DNA from: Clostridia bacterium
Lineage (GTDB): Bacteria > Bacillota > Clostridia > Oscillospirales > Acutalibacteraceae
Direction: 5' to 3'
NCBI GenBank assembly: GCA_017399175.1
Contig: JAFQEE010000043.1
Span: 6,021-70,020 of the forward strand
DNA: 64,000 nt
Notes under the pieces: generated by a model
Told to the model about the DNA's origin: nothing
Seen by the model: only the letters and a program-made list of their open reading frames with translations
Databases searched by the model: none
Program-made: the position numbers and the translations under genes
In this document: piece by piece, positions 34,198 through 43,314 of the stretch
How the letters are laid out: each line of letters starts with the position of its first letter
How positions within the stretch are numbered: the stretch's first letter is position 1

Positions 34198-35430
34198 ATG
34201 GCTGCAAAGAGCAATACAAAAAAGAAGAACGGATTTATAAATTCAATGTTCGCAAAAGGTTCAATTGATGTTCCTTTCTTCATCATACTTATGACAATAG
34301 TAACAGTAGGTCTTATAATGCTGTTTTCTTCAAGCTATACTTACAGTTATTACAATCGCGGAAGCAGTACGGAAATTTTTACAAGACAGTTAATCTATGC
34401 CGTAATCGGCATAGTGGCAATGTTCCTTGTGTCAAGAATAAGATATGAGTATTTCAGACTTATTGCATTGATTGGTGTGCCTGTATCGTACTTGTTACTC
34501 GTACTTGTTCTCTTTCTTCCCGATAGTGTTCAGCCGGGATTTTACCGTTGGATTGACCTTAAAGTGATTACATTCCAGCCATCAGAAATCGCAAAAATCG
34601 GCTTGATTTTAATTCTTGCCTTTCTTCTTGAAAAGAATCATAAGGCAATTACGGGAAAAGTACCGAGTGAAATGACACTCTGTAAAAAAATTGACCAGTA
34701 TTCAAAGGGACGATTTGTAATATACAAATCATTCACAAGCGTCATAATATACGGAATGCTTATTCTTTCATTCGCAGTACTCGTATATCTTGAAAATCAC
34801 CTTTCGGGTGCACTCCTTATGCTTGCAATCGGTGTTGTAATGCTTTGGTTAGGCGAGGCAAAAGGCAGATGGTTTGCAATCGGCGGTGCTTTGGTAGTTG
34901 TAGCAGCCATTGTTCTTATAGCAAATCCTGAAATTCTTAAAGAATATGCAGGTGAGCGAATTACATCATGGCTCGATAAAGACTCCGACCCACTTGGTGT
35001 CCGTTGGCAGACAAATAACTCGCTTTATGCCATTGGTTCAGGTGGATTTTTAGGAACAGGGCTCGGCCAGTCAAAACAGAAGCATCTTTTCGTTTCTGAA
35101 CCACAGAACGACTTTATCTTCTCAATCATCTGCGAGGAATTGGGATTTGTGGGTGCAACAGCAATCATTCTTCTTTTCGCTGCACTTATATACAGAGGAA
35201 TAAAAATCGGTATGAATGCAAAAGACCGTTTCGGTGCATTACTTGCAATGGGAATCGTTTTTCAGGTAGGTATTCAGGTAGCACTCAACATCGGTGTTGT
35301 TACTGATTTGCTTCCTAATACAGGTATTTCACTTCCATTCTTCTCATACGGCGGTACATCTCTCGTTATCTTGCTTGCAGAAATGGGTATGGTACTTTCA
35401 ATTTCACGAAGTTCAAGTCGGCGTGAATAA
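34198..35430 (+). CDS. ftsW: SEDS family peptidoglycan polymerase FtsW/SpoVE
   Basis: QPSEIAKI and LPNTGISLPFFSYGGTS signatures. Confidence 0.92.
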   Translation: MAAKSNTKKKNGFINSMFAKGSIDVPFFIILMTIVTVGLIMLFSSSYTYSYYNRGSSTEIFTRQLIYAVIGIVAMFLVSRIRYEYFRLIALIGVPVSYLLLVLVLFLPDSVQPGFYRWIDLKVITFQPSEIAKIGLILILAFLLEKNHKAITGKVPSEMTLCKKIDQYSKGRFVIYKSFTSVIIYGMLILSFAVLVYLENHLSGALLMLAIGVVMLWLGEAKGRWFAIGGALVVVAAIVLIANPEILKEYAGERITSWLDKDSDPLGVRWQTNNSLYAIGSGGFLGTGLGQSKQKHLFVSEPQNDFIFSIICEELGFVGATAIILLFAALIYRGIKIGMNAKDRFGALLAMGIVFQVGIQVALNIGVVTDLLPNTGISLPFFSYGGTSLVILLAEMGMVLSISRSSSRRE

Positions 35431-35461
35431 TCCAATCATTTATAAAAAGGTGTGATTTTGC

Positions 35462-36574
35462 GTGAAATTTATGTTTGTTGCAGGTGGCACAGGCGGACAC
35501 ATTAACCCTGCCATCGCTGTTGCAAAAGAAGTTAAAAGACTTGACCCATCATCTGAAATTCTCTTTGTGGGAACAGAAGGACGAATGGAAACAACGATTG
35601 TTCCGAATGCAGGCTTTGAAATCAAAACTGTACAGATGAACGGATTTTCCCGTAATATGACTTTTTCGGGAATTATCGAAAATATAAAAACAGTTATTCT
35701 TACAATAAAAGCATATATTGATGCTAAAAAAATTCTCGAAGACTTCAAACCCGATGTAGTTGTTGGTTTTGGCGGATATGTAACAGGGCCTGTTCTTAAA
35801 ATGGCAGTTAAAATGGGTATAAAAACTGCAATTCACGAACAAAATGCCTTTCCGGGAGTTGCCAATAAAGCCTTGGCAAAAGAAGTTGATAAGGTAATGC
35901 TTACTTCTCCCGATGCCGAACAGCATATGAAATGTAAAAATCCACCAATTGTAACAGGACTTCCCGTAAGACGCGAAATTTTAAAAGCAGACCGCGATTA
36001 TTCACGAGCATCAATGGGGCTCCAGAGTGACGACATTCTCGTTCTTTCAATGGGTGGCTCTTTGGGTGCTGATGCAATCAACAAAGCAATCGTCGAAATG
36101 CTTGAAATCTTAAAAGATGAAAAGAATATCTGTTTCTTACACTCAACAGGTAAATACGGTAATTGGGTAAGGGATAAACTCAAGGAAATGGATATCCCGT
36201 TCGGCAGAGGTACAAACATTCATATCCGTGAATATATCGATAATATGGATGTGTGTCTGGCTGCTTGTGATATAGTAATCAGCCGTGCGGGTGCAAGCTC
36301 AATTTCGGAAATTCAGGCTCTTAAAAAACCGTCAATTCTTATTCCGTCACCCAATGTGGCAGAAAATCATCAGTTCCATAATGCTATGGCACTTGTAAAA
36401 AATGACGGTGCAGTTCTTATTGAAGAAAAGGACCTTGACGGTAATTATCTAGCACAAAAAATTACTGAACTTAAAAACGACAGAATTAAACTTTATAATA
36501 TTTCTCAGAATGCAGGAAAAGATGCAAAAGTCAATGCACTTTCTGAAATCTGTAGAATTATAACATCACTTTAA
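35462..36574 (+). CDS. murG: UDP-N-acetylglucosamine--N-acetylmuramyl-(pentapeptide) pyrophosphoryl-undecaprenol GlcNAc transferase
   Basis: VAGGTGGHINPAIAVA motif. The start is GTG 35462 or ATG 35471. Confidence 0.93.
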   Translation: MKFMFVAGGTGGHINPAIAVAKEVKRLDPSSEILFVGTEGRMETTIVPNAGFEIKTVQMNGFSRNMTFSGIIENIKTVILTIKAYIDAKKILEDFKPDVVVGFGGYVTGPVLKMAVKMGIKTAIHEQNAFPGVANKALAKEVDKVMLTSPDAEQHMKCKNPPIVTGLPVRREILKADRDYSRASMGLQSDDILVLSMGGSLGADAINKAIVEMLEILKDEKNICFLHSTGKYGNWVRDKLKEMDIPFGRGTNIHIREYIDNMDVCLAACDIVISRAGASSISEIQALKKPSILIPSPNVAENHQFHNAMALVKNDGAVLIEEKDLDGNYLAQKITELKNDRIKLYNISQNAGKDAKVNALSEICRIITSL

Positions 36575-36645
36575 TAACAATATTTCCACAAACTGCATAG
36601 TATGTGACGCATAGTATTTTGTCATACTTAAAGGGTGTGTGGAAA

Positions 36646-37914
36646 TTGAATAAATTCATTGTAACAGGCGGAAATACACTTCGCGGAGAGATTACTGTTC
36701 AGGGGGCAAAAAACAGCGTTTTGCCGATTCTTGTGGCAACACTTCTTGTGAACGGAGAATCAGTTATACATAATTGTCCCTGCCTTTCCGATGTGGATGC
36801 TACCATTAAAATTCTTGAATATCTTGGATGTGTAGTAACTCGTGAGGGACATACAATAATTGTTGATTCATCATCGGTCAACAAGTGCGATGTTCCTGAT
36901 AATCTTATGCGAGAAATGCGTTCGTCAATAGTCTTTCTCGGCGGAATAATAGGACGAATGGGTAAAGCAGTCCTCTCAACTCCCGGCGGTTGCGAAATCG
37001 GACTTCGACCAATTGATTTGCATTTGTCATCAATGGAACAGTTTGGTGCAAAAATCACAACGGAAAATGGTTTTATAGTCTGTTCGGCAGAAGAAAAAGG
37101 ACTTCAGGGTACTCGAATAATCCTTTCATTCCCAAGTGTGGGTGCAACGGAAAATATAATTCTTTCTGCTGTACTTGCGAAAGGCACAACCATTATTTCA
37201 AACGCAGCAAGAGAGCCTGAAATCAGCGATTTGGCCGATTTCCTTAACCGATGCGGAGCAAAAATTCACGGTGCAGGTGACAGCACCATTACAATAGATG
37301 GTGTAAAAGAACTTAAACCTTGTGAACATACAATTATTCCCGACAGAATTGTTGTTGCTACATATATGATTGCCACAGTAATGACAGGCGGAAAAATCTG
37401 TATAAAAGATATAATTCCGTCACATATAGGGCCAATAATTCAACCTTTGCGAGATGCAGGATGTCTTATTTCAATTAACGGCAGGAATGTTACGGCATCA
37501 GCATCAAATCATCTTAAAAGAATACGAATGATTCGCACAATGCCACATCCGGGATTTCCGACAGATGTTCAGGCACAGATGATGGCTTTGACTACCATAG
37601 CCGAAGGCACAAGCGTATTTGTGGAAAATATTTTTGAAAGCAGATATAAGCATGTGGGCGAATTGTTACGATTTGGTGCAAAAATCAGTGTCGAAGGCAG
37701 AATGGCAGTTGTTGAGGGGGTCAAAGCTCTTAACGGTGCAAAGGTAAAGGCAACAGATTTGCGTGGTGGTTCTGCAATGATACTTTCGGGACTTTGCGCC
37801 AACGGAATTACAGAAATAACAGAAATTCATCATATCGACAGGGGATATGAAAAACCGGAAAAAGTGCTCAATGAATTGGGTGCGGACATAAAAAGGGTGA
37901 ACACAGATGAGTGA
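36646..37914 (+). CDS. murA: UDP-N-acetylglucosamine 1-carboxyvinyltransferase
   Basis: KFIVTGGNTLRGEITVQGAKNSVLPIL N-terminus. TTG 36646 lies about 10 nt after AAGGG. Confidence 0.9.
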   Translation: MNKFIVTGGNTLRGEITVQGAKNSVLPILVATLLVNGESVIHNCPCLSDVDATIKILEYLGCVVTREGHTIIVDSSSVNKCDVPDNLMREMRSSIVFLGGIIGRMGKAVLSTPGGCEIGLRPIDLHLSSMEQFGAKITTENGFIVCSAEEKGLQGTRIILSFPSVGATENIILSAVLAKGTTIISNAAREPEISDLADFLNRCGAKIHGAGDSTITIDGVKELKPCEHTIIPDRIVVATYMIATVMTGGKICIKDIIPSHIGPIIQPLRDAGCLISINGRNVTASASNHLKRIRMIRTMPHPGFPTDVQAQMMALTTIAEGTSVFVENIFESRYKHVGELLRFGAKISVEGRMAVVEGVKALNGAKVKATDLRGGSAMILSGLCANGITEITEIHHIDRGYEKPEKVLNELGADIKRVNTDE

Positions 37915-38845
37915 TACAAGAAGACAAAATACAAACGGAAATCCACAACTTTCCAATAATGAACGCATAGTCAACAGAAGAATTCAGCGTAACAAAAGAA
38001 ATCGCAGAAAGAAAATTATTTTCCGTTCAATTATCGGAGTTGTCTTTCTTGTTGTGGGTGTTATTGTCGGCTTGTCACTTTTCTTTAATATAAACAAGAT
38101 TGTTGTGTCGGGTGATGCAGTTTATTCCCACGAAACCGTGATTAAAGCATCAGGTGTAGCAGAGGGGGATAACCTCATTTTCCTTTCAAAATCAAAACTG
38201 AATGAAAAAATATCGTCCGAACTCACATATATCGGTTCGGTAACCGTAAAGCGTCGTTTACCGTCAACACTTGAACTTGTAGTCAAAAAAACTGAAGCAA
38301 AACTCGGTATTGCGATGAACGGATATTTCACACTACTTGACGAAAACGGTAAGGTGCTTGAAAAAGACCTTGAAACCGTCGGTGAAAACATAATTCTTTT
38401 GAATTTAGGCGAAATCGAGTCAGCAGAACTTGGTGAAACAGTTGTGACAAAGGAAGAAAAAACCTTCACAAAGCTTCACGATGTTTTATCTGAATGTGAA
38501 CGAATCGGACTTCACGACATCTCTTTGATGGATATATCGGATATATATAACATAAAAATTGTTTATCAGGGCAGAATAACACTTGAACTTGGTGAAACAG
38601 ACAGCGAAAATTTAAGTTCAAAACTTGCCTTGGGTAAAGCCGCTATCGAAAAACAAGACGAAGAAAACAACCTTTATCGCGGTACAATAAATCTTACTGT
38701 TGACGGCAAAGGCTATTGGTCGGAAGAAGTGCCGACAACCGAGCCACAGACAGAAGAAAATACGAGTGAAGAAACCACAGAAAATGCAGAAGAAAGTACA
38801 GAAGAAACTGCAAAAAATGAAGAAGAAACATCTTCAGTAGCATAA
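37907..38845 (+). CDS. ftsQ: Cell division protein FtsQ/DivIB (POTRA) with an acidic C-terminal tail
   Basis: Basic N-terminus, one TM segment, then a POTRA-like INKIVVSGDAVYSHETVIKASGV. Overlaps the murA stop by 8 nt. Confidence 0.8.
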   Translation: MSDTRRQNTNGNPQLSNNERIVNRRIQRNKRNRRKKIIFRSIIGVVFLVVGVIVGLSLFFNINKIVVSGDAVYSHETVIKASGVAEGDNLIFLSKSKLNEKISSELTYIGSVTVKRRLPSTLELVVKKTEAKLGIAMNGYFTLLDENGKVLEKDLETVGENIILLNLGEIESAELGETVVTKEEKTFTKLHDVLSECERIGLHDISLMDISDIYNIKIVYQGRITLELGETDSENLSSKLALGKAAIEKQDEENNLYRGTINLTVDGKGYWSEEVPTTEPQTEENTSEETTENAEESTEETAKNEEETSSVA

Positions 38846-38923
38846 TCAATCAATTTCAGTAGAAAAAAGTATAAAAAAATCGAAAAAACTCGCAAAAAAA
38901 TAAAAAAATATATACAATATATA

Positions 38924-38952
38924 TTGCAATTTTTTATTAATAATGTTAAAAT
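38924..38952 (+). promoter_or_regulatory. Promoter candidate upstream of ftsZ (TTGCAA-17-TGtTAAAAT)
   Basis: -35 at 38924-38929. Extended -10 at 38944-38952. Confidence 0.45.
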
Positions 38953-39009
38953 AACCTATGATACAATGCAAAAAATAGGTGTGAAAATATACATAGGAGG
39001 ATGTTAAAA

Positions 39010-40092
39010 ATGGCATTCGAAATTGATAATCAGTATCAGGACATCGCAAACATTAAAGTTATCGGCGTTGGTGGCGGCGGCGGAAACGCAATTGACCGTA
39101 TGGCAAAATCTGGCGTTTCAGGTGTTGAACTTATCGCAATCAACACTGACCAGCAGGCTCTTAACCGTTCACTTGCTAATCAGACACTCGCAATCGGTCA
39201 GAAAGTAACTTCAGGCCGTGGTGCAGGTGCAAAACCTGAAGTTGGTGAAAAAGCAGCTGATGAAAGCCACGACGAAATCGTTGAAAAAATTGACGGTGCT
39301 CAGATGGTATTCGTTACAGCAGGTATGGGTGGCGGAACAGGTACAGGTGCTGCTCCTAAAATTGCTGAAATTGCAAAGAATATGGGTATCCTTACAGTTG
39401 GTATCGTTACAAAGCCTTTCGCATTCGAAGGTAACCACAGAATGAAGCAGGCTGAAGCAGGTATCGCTGAACTTGCACAGCATGTTGACTCTCTTATCGT
39501 TATTCCTAACGAAAGACTTAAATATGTTTCAGAACAGAAGATTACATTTGCTAACGCTTTCAGCATTGCTGACGACGTTCTTCGTCAGGGTGTTAACTCT
39601 GTTACAGACCTTATTACAATGCCTGCATTCATCAACCTTGACTTTGCTGACGTTACATCAGTAATGAAGGACGCAGGTCATGCTCATATGGGTATTGGTC
39701 GTGCAAGTGGTAAGGATAAGGCTGAACAGGCTGCTAATGCTGCTATTTCAAGCCCACTTCTTGAAACAACAATCACAGGTGCAAAGGGCGTTATCATCAG
39801 CATCACTGCATCTGCTGACATCACTCTTGAAGATGTTGATACAGCAGCAGGTATCGTTCGTGCACAGGCTGATGAAGATGCTAACATTATCTTCGGTGTT
39901 GCATTCGATGAAAAGCTTGATGACGAAATGATTGTTACTGTTATCGCAACTGGTTTTGGTCTTGATGCAAACGGTGTTGCTAAAAAGCCACACTACAACA
40001 GCGGTATGGAAGATATCAGCTCAAACGGCGGAAAATTTGGTGCTGATGACGATATGGGCGACATTCTTGACCTTTTCAAGAGCAAAAGATAA
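39010..40092 (+). CDS. ftsZ: Cell division GTPase FtsZ
   Basis: IKVIGVGGGGGNA and GGGTGTGAAP tubulin signatures. ATG 39010 lies 9 nt after GGAGG. Confidence 0.97.
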   Translation: MAFEIDNQYQDIANIKVIGVGGGGGNAIDRMAKSGVSGVELIAINTDQQALNRSLANQTLAIGQKVTSGRGAGAKPEVGEKAADESHDEIVEKIDGAQMVFVTAGMGGGTGTGAAPKIAEIAKNMGILTVGIVTKPFAFEGNHRMKQAEAGIAELAQHVDSLIVIPNERLKYVSEQKITFANAFSIADDVLRQGVNSVTDLITMPAFINLDFADVTSVMKDAGHAHMGIGRASGKDKAEQAANAAISSPLLETTITGAKGVIISITASADITLEDVDTAAGIVRAQADEDANIIFGVAFDEKLDDEMIVTVIATGFGLDANGVAKKPHYNSGMEDISSNGGKFGADDDMGDILDLFKSKR

Positions 40093-40110
40093 CCTTTAAA
40101 AACTAAATTA

Positions 40111-40138
40111 AGACGGGGAGTAATTCTCCGTCTTTTTT
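40111..40138 (+). terminator. Intrinsic terminator after ftsZ
   Basis: AGACGGGG-AGTAATT-CTCCGTCT, followed by TTTTT. Confidence 0.7.
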
Positions 40139-40155
40139 CGTACAAGGAGTACAGA

Positions 40156-40803
40156 ATGAAATCAACAAAATTTCTCGCAATTATAATTTCAATCATATTA
40201 ATTGTTTTATCATTTCCCGCAATCAATGCAAGTGCACAGGGTGTAACATATTCTGCAAATGATGTTGCGGGTAAAAAGGATGAAACGGTTACAGTTACCG
40301 TAAAAATTTCATCAAGCTCAAAAATCTGGGGTTCAAATGTATCCCTCGCATATAATTCAACTGAACTTCAGTGTGTAAGCAGTAGTAAAGGTGATGCAGT
40401 TTCAAACGGAAGCCTTTATAACACAGGCTCATCGGTTAATTTTTCAGGTACATACAAAAGCACAGATGCAACTGTATTTACTGTAAAGTTCAAAATCTTA
40501 AAAAGTTCAGGCACTTATACTCTTAAACTTACAAGCACAGAAAATATAGATTATGACGGAAAGTCATATTCTTGCACCACAAAAAACGGTAGTGTTACCG
40601 TTCTTAATTCTACAACAATTCGTGGTGATGTGACAGGTGACGGAAAAATTGCCGCAACAGATGCAAGAATGATTTTACAGTCTGTTGCAGCCCTTAAAAC
40701 ACTCAGCAATAAACAGTTAGGACTCGCCGACATTAATAAAGATGGTGCAGTCACAGCAGTTGATGCACGATACATCCTGCAAATTGTCGCAGGACTTAAA
40801 TAA
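40156..40803 (+). CDS. Secreted cohesin-dockerin adaptor protein
   Basis: Signal peptide (…FPAINASA). Cohesin-like beta module (DETVTVTVKI...LAYNSTELQCV...FTVKFKIL). C-terminal dockerin with two Ca-loops, GDVTGDGKIAATDA and ADINKDGAVTAVDA (about 40618-40800). Confidence 0.8.
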   Translation: MKSTKFLAIIISIILIVLSFPAINASAQGVTYSANDVAGKKDETVTVTVKISSSSKIWGSNVSLAYNSTELQCVSSSKGDAVSNGSLYNTGSSVNFSGTYKSTDATVFTVKFKILKSSGTYTLKLTSTENIDYDGKSYSCTTKNGSVTVLNSTTIRGDVTGDGKIAATDARMILQSVAALKTLSNKQLGLADINKDGAVTAVDARYILQIVAGLK

Positions 40804-40859
40804 CTTGATTTACATATATAAATGTGATATCATAAAGTTATGATTGGAGATGAATTATT

Positions 40860-42899
40860 ATGAAAAAAACAAAAAAATTCTTATCAATTCTCCTGGCAAC
40901 GATTTTAATACTCTCATTATTCCCTGCAACATTGGCACACGCATCTGACAATAAAATAACTTTTTCTGCTGAAGCGGATAAGGTTGATGCAAAAGCAGGT
41001 GACATTGTAAATGTTGATATCTGTATGAGTGAAAATTCAGTTGTGGCAGCATTAACTCTTGTTGTTAATTACGACAATACTGCATTAAAAATTGTTGATG
41101 TAAAATCAAAAGAAGCCTTTGGATATGAAGAATTCAATACTGCTTATGGTGAAAATCAGCTTGCATATCTTACTGCTTCTGCTAATCCTAAAACCGTAGG
41201 TGGCACTCTTTTTACCATTCAGTTCGAAGTCCTTAAAGATGGTTGTACAGAAGTTTCACTTTCCGTTGACGAATTGGCAGATGTTGATTTACAGCCAATC
41301 CCATCTGCAACCCAGTCCGCAAAAATCCATAATTTTGTTGACGGTACTTGTGCTGGTTGTGGTGAAAAATCAGTAAAATGGAAATTCGACGAAGAAACAG
41401 GCACATTAACAATCTACGGCACCGGCTCAATGGAGGATTATGATTCTAATAATCGCCCATGGGAAAGCTATAAAGACGACATTCAAAATGTTGTTATAGA
41501 AAATGGTGTAACAACAATTAGTAATTTTGCTTTTGCTGAATGTTCAGCCCTTAAAAGTGTAACAATCCCTGATAGTGTGATAATAATTGGCAATTATGTA
41601 TTTACTTATTGCGAAAGCCTTACAAGTGTAACAATTCCCGATAGTGTAATAGCGATTGGTCAATATGCGTTTGCCCTTTGTGACAGCCTTACAAGTATAA
41701 CAATTCCTGATAGTGTAACATCAATTAGCTCGGGAGTGTTTTGTTACTGCTCAAGTCTTACAAGTGTAACAATTCCTGAAAGTGTCACCTTGATTGGTTA
41801 TTATGCGTTTTACGATTGTACAAGCCTCACAGATGTATATTATTCAAACACCGAAGAAAAATGGTATGATATTTCAATAGATAGTGACAATGACCCACTT
41901 CTCAATGCAAGAATACATTATAACAGCACAGGTGCAGATACACATCCATTTAATCCTGTTATAACACCACCAACCTGCACAGACCAAGGCTTTACAACCT
42001 ACACTTGTGCTTGTGGATATTCTTATGTTGAAGATTATGCTGATGCTACTGGTCACAATTACAATTCAGTAGTAACTCCACCAACTTGTACTGAAACAGG
42101 TTATACAACTTATACATGTACAGTTTGTGGTGATACTTATGTTGATGATGAAACACAAGCAACAGGGCATAGCTATAAAGAAGAAATCACAACACCTGCA
42201 ACACATACAGAAAACGGTGTTATGACATACACTTGCCATTGTGGTGATACTTATACAGAAATAATAAATGCAACAGGTGACCACTACTATGTTCTAACTG
42301 TAACAGAGCCTACTTGTACAGAAGGCGGATACACAACCTACACTTGTGCTTGCGGTGACACTTATGTTGATGACGAAACACCTGCAATCGGTCACGATTA
42401 CGATGCAGTTGTAACAGAGCCTACTTGCACAGAAACAGGTTATACAACTTATACTTGCACAGTATGTGGCGATACATTTGTTGACAATGAAACACCTGCT
42501 AACGGACATTCTTTCTCAAACGGAAATTGTACAGTATGCGGTGAAACTGACCCTGACTACTATGTGTTCAGCGTTAAAGCACCGTCACGAACAAAAATCC
42601 GTAACAAGGACGGTATCATTTTACACACAGAAATCACAGGAAATGCTCCTGCAGGTTCATATGTTGAATGGACATCAAATAACAACAATTTCGGCAAAAC
42701 TGTTATGAATGATGGTGATTCTTTACGAGTAATCGCCAATAATAAGGGCAACACAACATTTACAGCAACTCTTTATGATGCAAACGGAAACGAACTTGCA
42801 ACAGACAGCGTAGAACTTTATTCTGATTCAGGTTTCTTCCAAAAAATCGGCGGTTTCTTCCGTTCACTCTTCGGCACAACAAAAATTTATGAAAACTAA
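40860..42899 (+). CDS. Secreted cohesin-like domain + BspA-type leucine-rich repeats + five Cys-rich tandem repeats + Ig-like C-terminus
   Basis: Signal peptide. Cohesin-like GDIVNVDICM...LVVNYDNTALKIVDV...FTIQFEVL. LRRs of the SLTSVTIPDSV type. Repeats PTCTETGYTTYTCxVCGDTYVDDET. Confidence 0.8.
   Translation: MKKTKKFLSILLATILILSLFPATLAHASDNKITFSAEADKVDAKAGDIVNVDICMSENSVVAALTLVVNYDNTALKIVDVKSKEAFGYEEFNTAYGENQLAYLTASANPKTVGGTLFTIQFEVLKDGCTEVSLSVDELADVDLQPIPSATQSAKIHNFVDGTCAGCGEKSVKWKFDEETGTLTIYGTGSMEDYDSNNRPWESYKDDIQNVVIENGVTTISNFAFAECSALKSVTIPDSVIIIGNYVFTYCESLTSVTIPDSVIAIGQYAFALCDSLTSITIPDSVTSISSGVFCYCSSLTSVTIPESVTLIGYYAFYDCTSLTDVYYSNTEEKWYDISIDSDNDPLLNARIHYNSTGADTHPFNPVITPPTCTDQGFTTYTCACGYSYVEDYADATGHNYNSVVTPPTCTETGYTTYTCTVCGDTYVDDETQATGHSYKEEITTPATHTENGVMTYTCHCGDTYTEIINATGDHYYVLTVTEPTCTEGGYTTYTCACGDTYVDDETPAIGHDYDAVVTEPTCTETGYTTYTCTVCGDTFVDNETPANGHSFSNGNCTVCGETDPDYYVFSVKAPSRTKIRNKDGIILHTEITGNAPAGSYVEWTSNNNNFGKTVMNDGDSLRVIANNKGNTTFTATLYDANGNELATDSVELYSDSGFFQKIGGFFRSLFGTTKIYEN
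41958..42560 (+). repeat. Five tandem in-frame 111-114-nt (37-38-aa) Cys-rich repeats inside the CDS
   Basis: Measured unit offsets: 41958 to 42069 (111 nt); 42072, 42186, 42300 and 42411 (114, 114 and 111 nt). The third unit is degenerate (THTENGVMTYTCHCGDTY). Confidence 0.9.
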
Positions 42900-42913
42900 A
42901 TAGTAAAACAATT

Positions 42914-42940
42914 GTAGGGGACGATGCCCACAGCGTCCCG
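42914..42940. repeat. Second copy of the GTAGGGGACGATGCCCACAKCGTCCCG hairpin repeat
   Basis: 26/27 identical to 22549-22575. Lies 15 nt after the stop at 42899. Confidence 0.85.
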
Positions 42941-42954
42941 CAAAATTCCAAACA

Positions 42955-42990
42955 AAAAACTCGAAATCCTTTTCGGACTTCGAGTTTTCT
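42955..42990. terminator. Bidirectional terminator between convergent genes
   Basis: AAAACTCGAA...TTCGAGTTTT stem with an inner TCC/GGA pairing, and A and T flanks. Confidence 0.65.
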
Positions 42991-43287
42991 TTATTCTTCT
43001 TCATCAATATCCAATGAAAAATCAGCCTCGCTGACATTCAATGGTAAACCGTTTTCATTTTCATTATCAACATCCAACGAAAAATCCTCTTCTTCGTATT
43101 TGATAATCGGTCGTGGTCTTGCGGGTTGTCTTTTAAGTGGGTCATATTTGAACTTTTTACAGGAATAATCAACATCAACAAGTCCCGATTTTTTACATAA
43201 TATTGATTCTTTATTGGGTGCAATTCTCCCGTGAACGCAATAGGAACAGGAAGCTGAAATATCTTTTTTGCCAAATAGTTTTTTCAT
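42991..43287 (-). CDS. Small Cys-rich protein with an acidic repeat tail
   Basis: 98 aa. C14-x2-C17...C31...C43 N-terminal half. The C-terminus carries (E/A)DFSLD(V/I)D twice. Confidence 0.6.
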   Translation of the reverse strand: MKKLFGKKDISASCSYCVHGRIAPNKESILCKKSGLVDVDYSCKKFKYDPLKRQPARPRPIIKYEEEDFSLDVDNENENGLPLNVSEADFSLDIDEEE

Positions 43288-43314
43288 CGAATCACCCTAA
43301 CTTTCTCATATATT

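Noticed and set aside
39211-39993. Several 60-90-aa ORFs on both strands within ftsZ
   Set aside because: They are shadow ORFs of the GC-richer ftsZ coding region.
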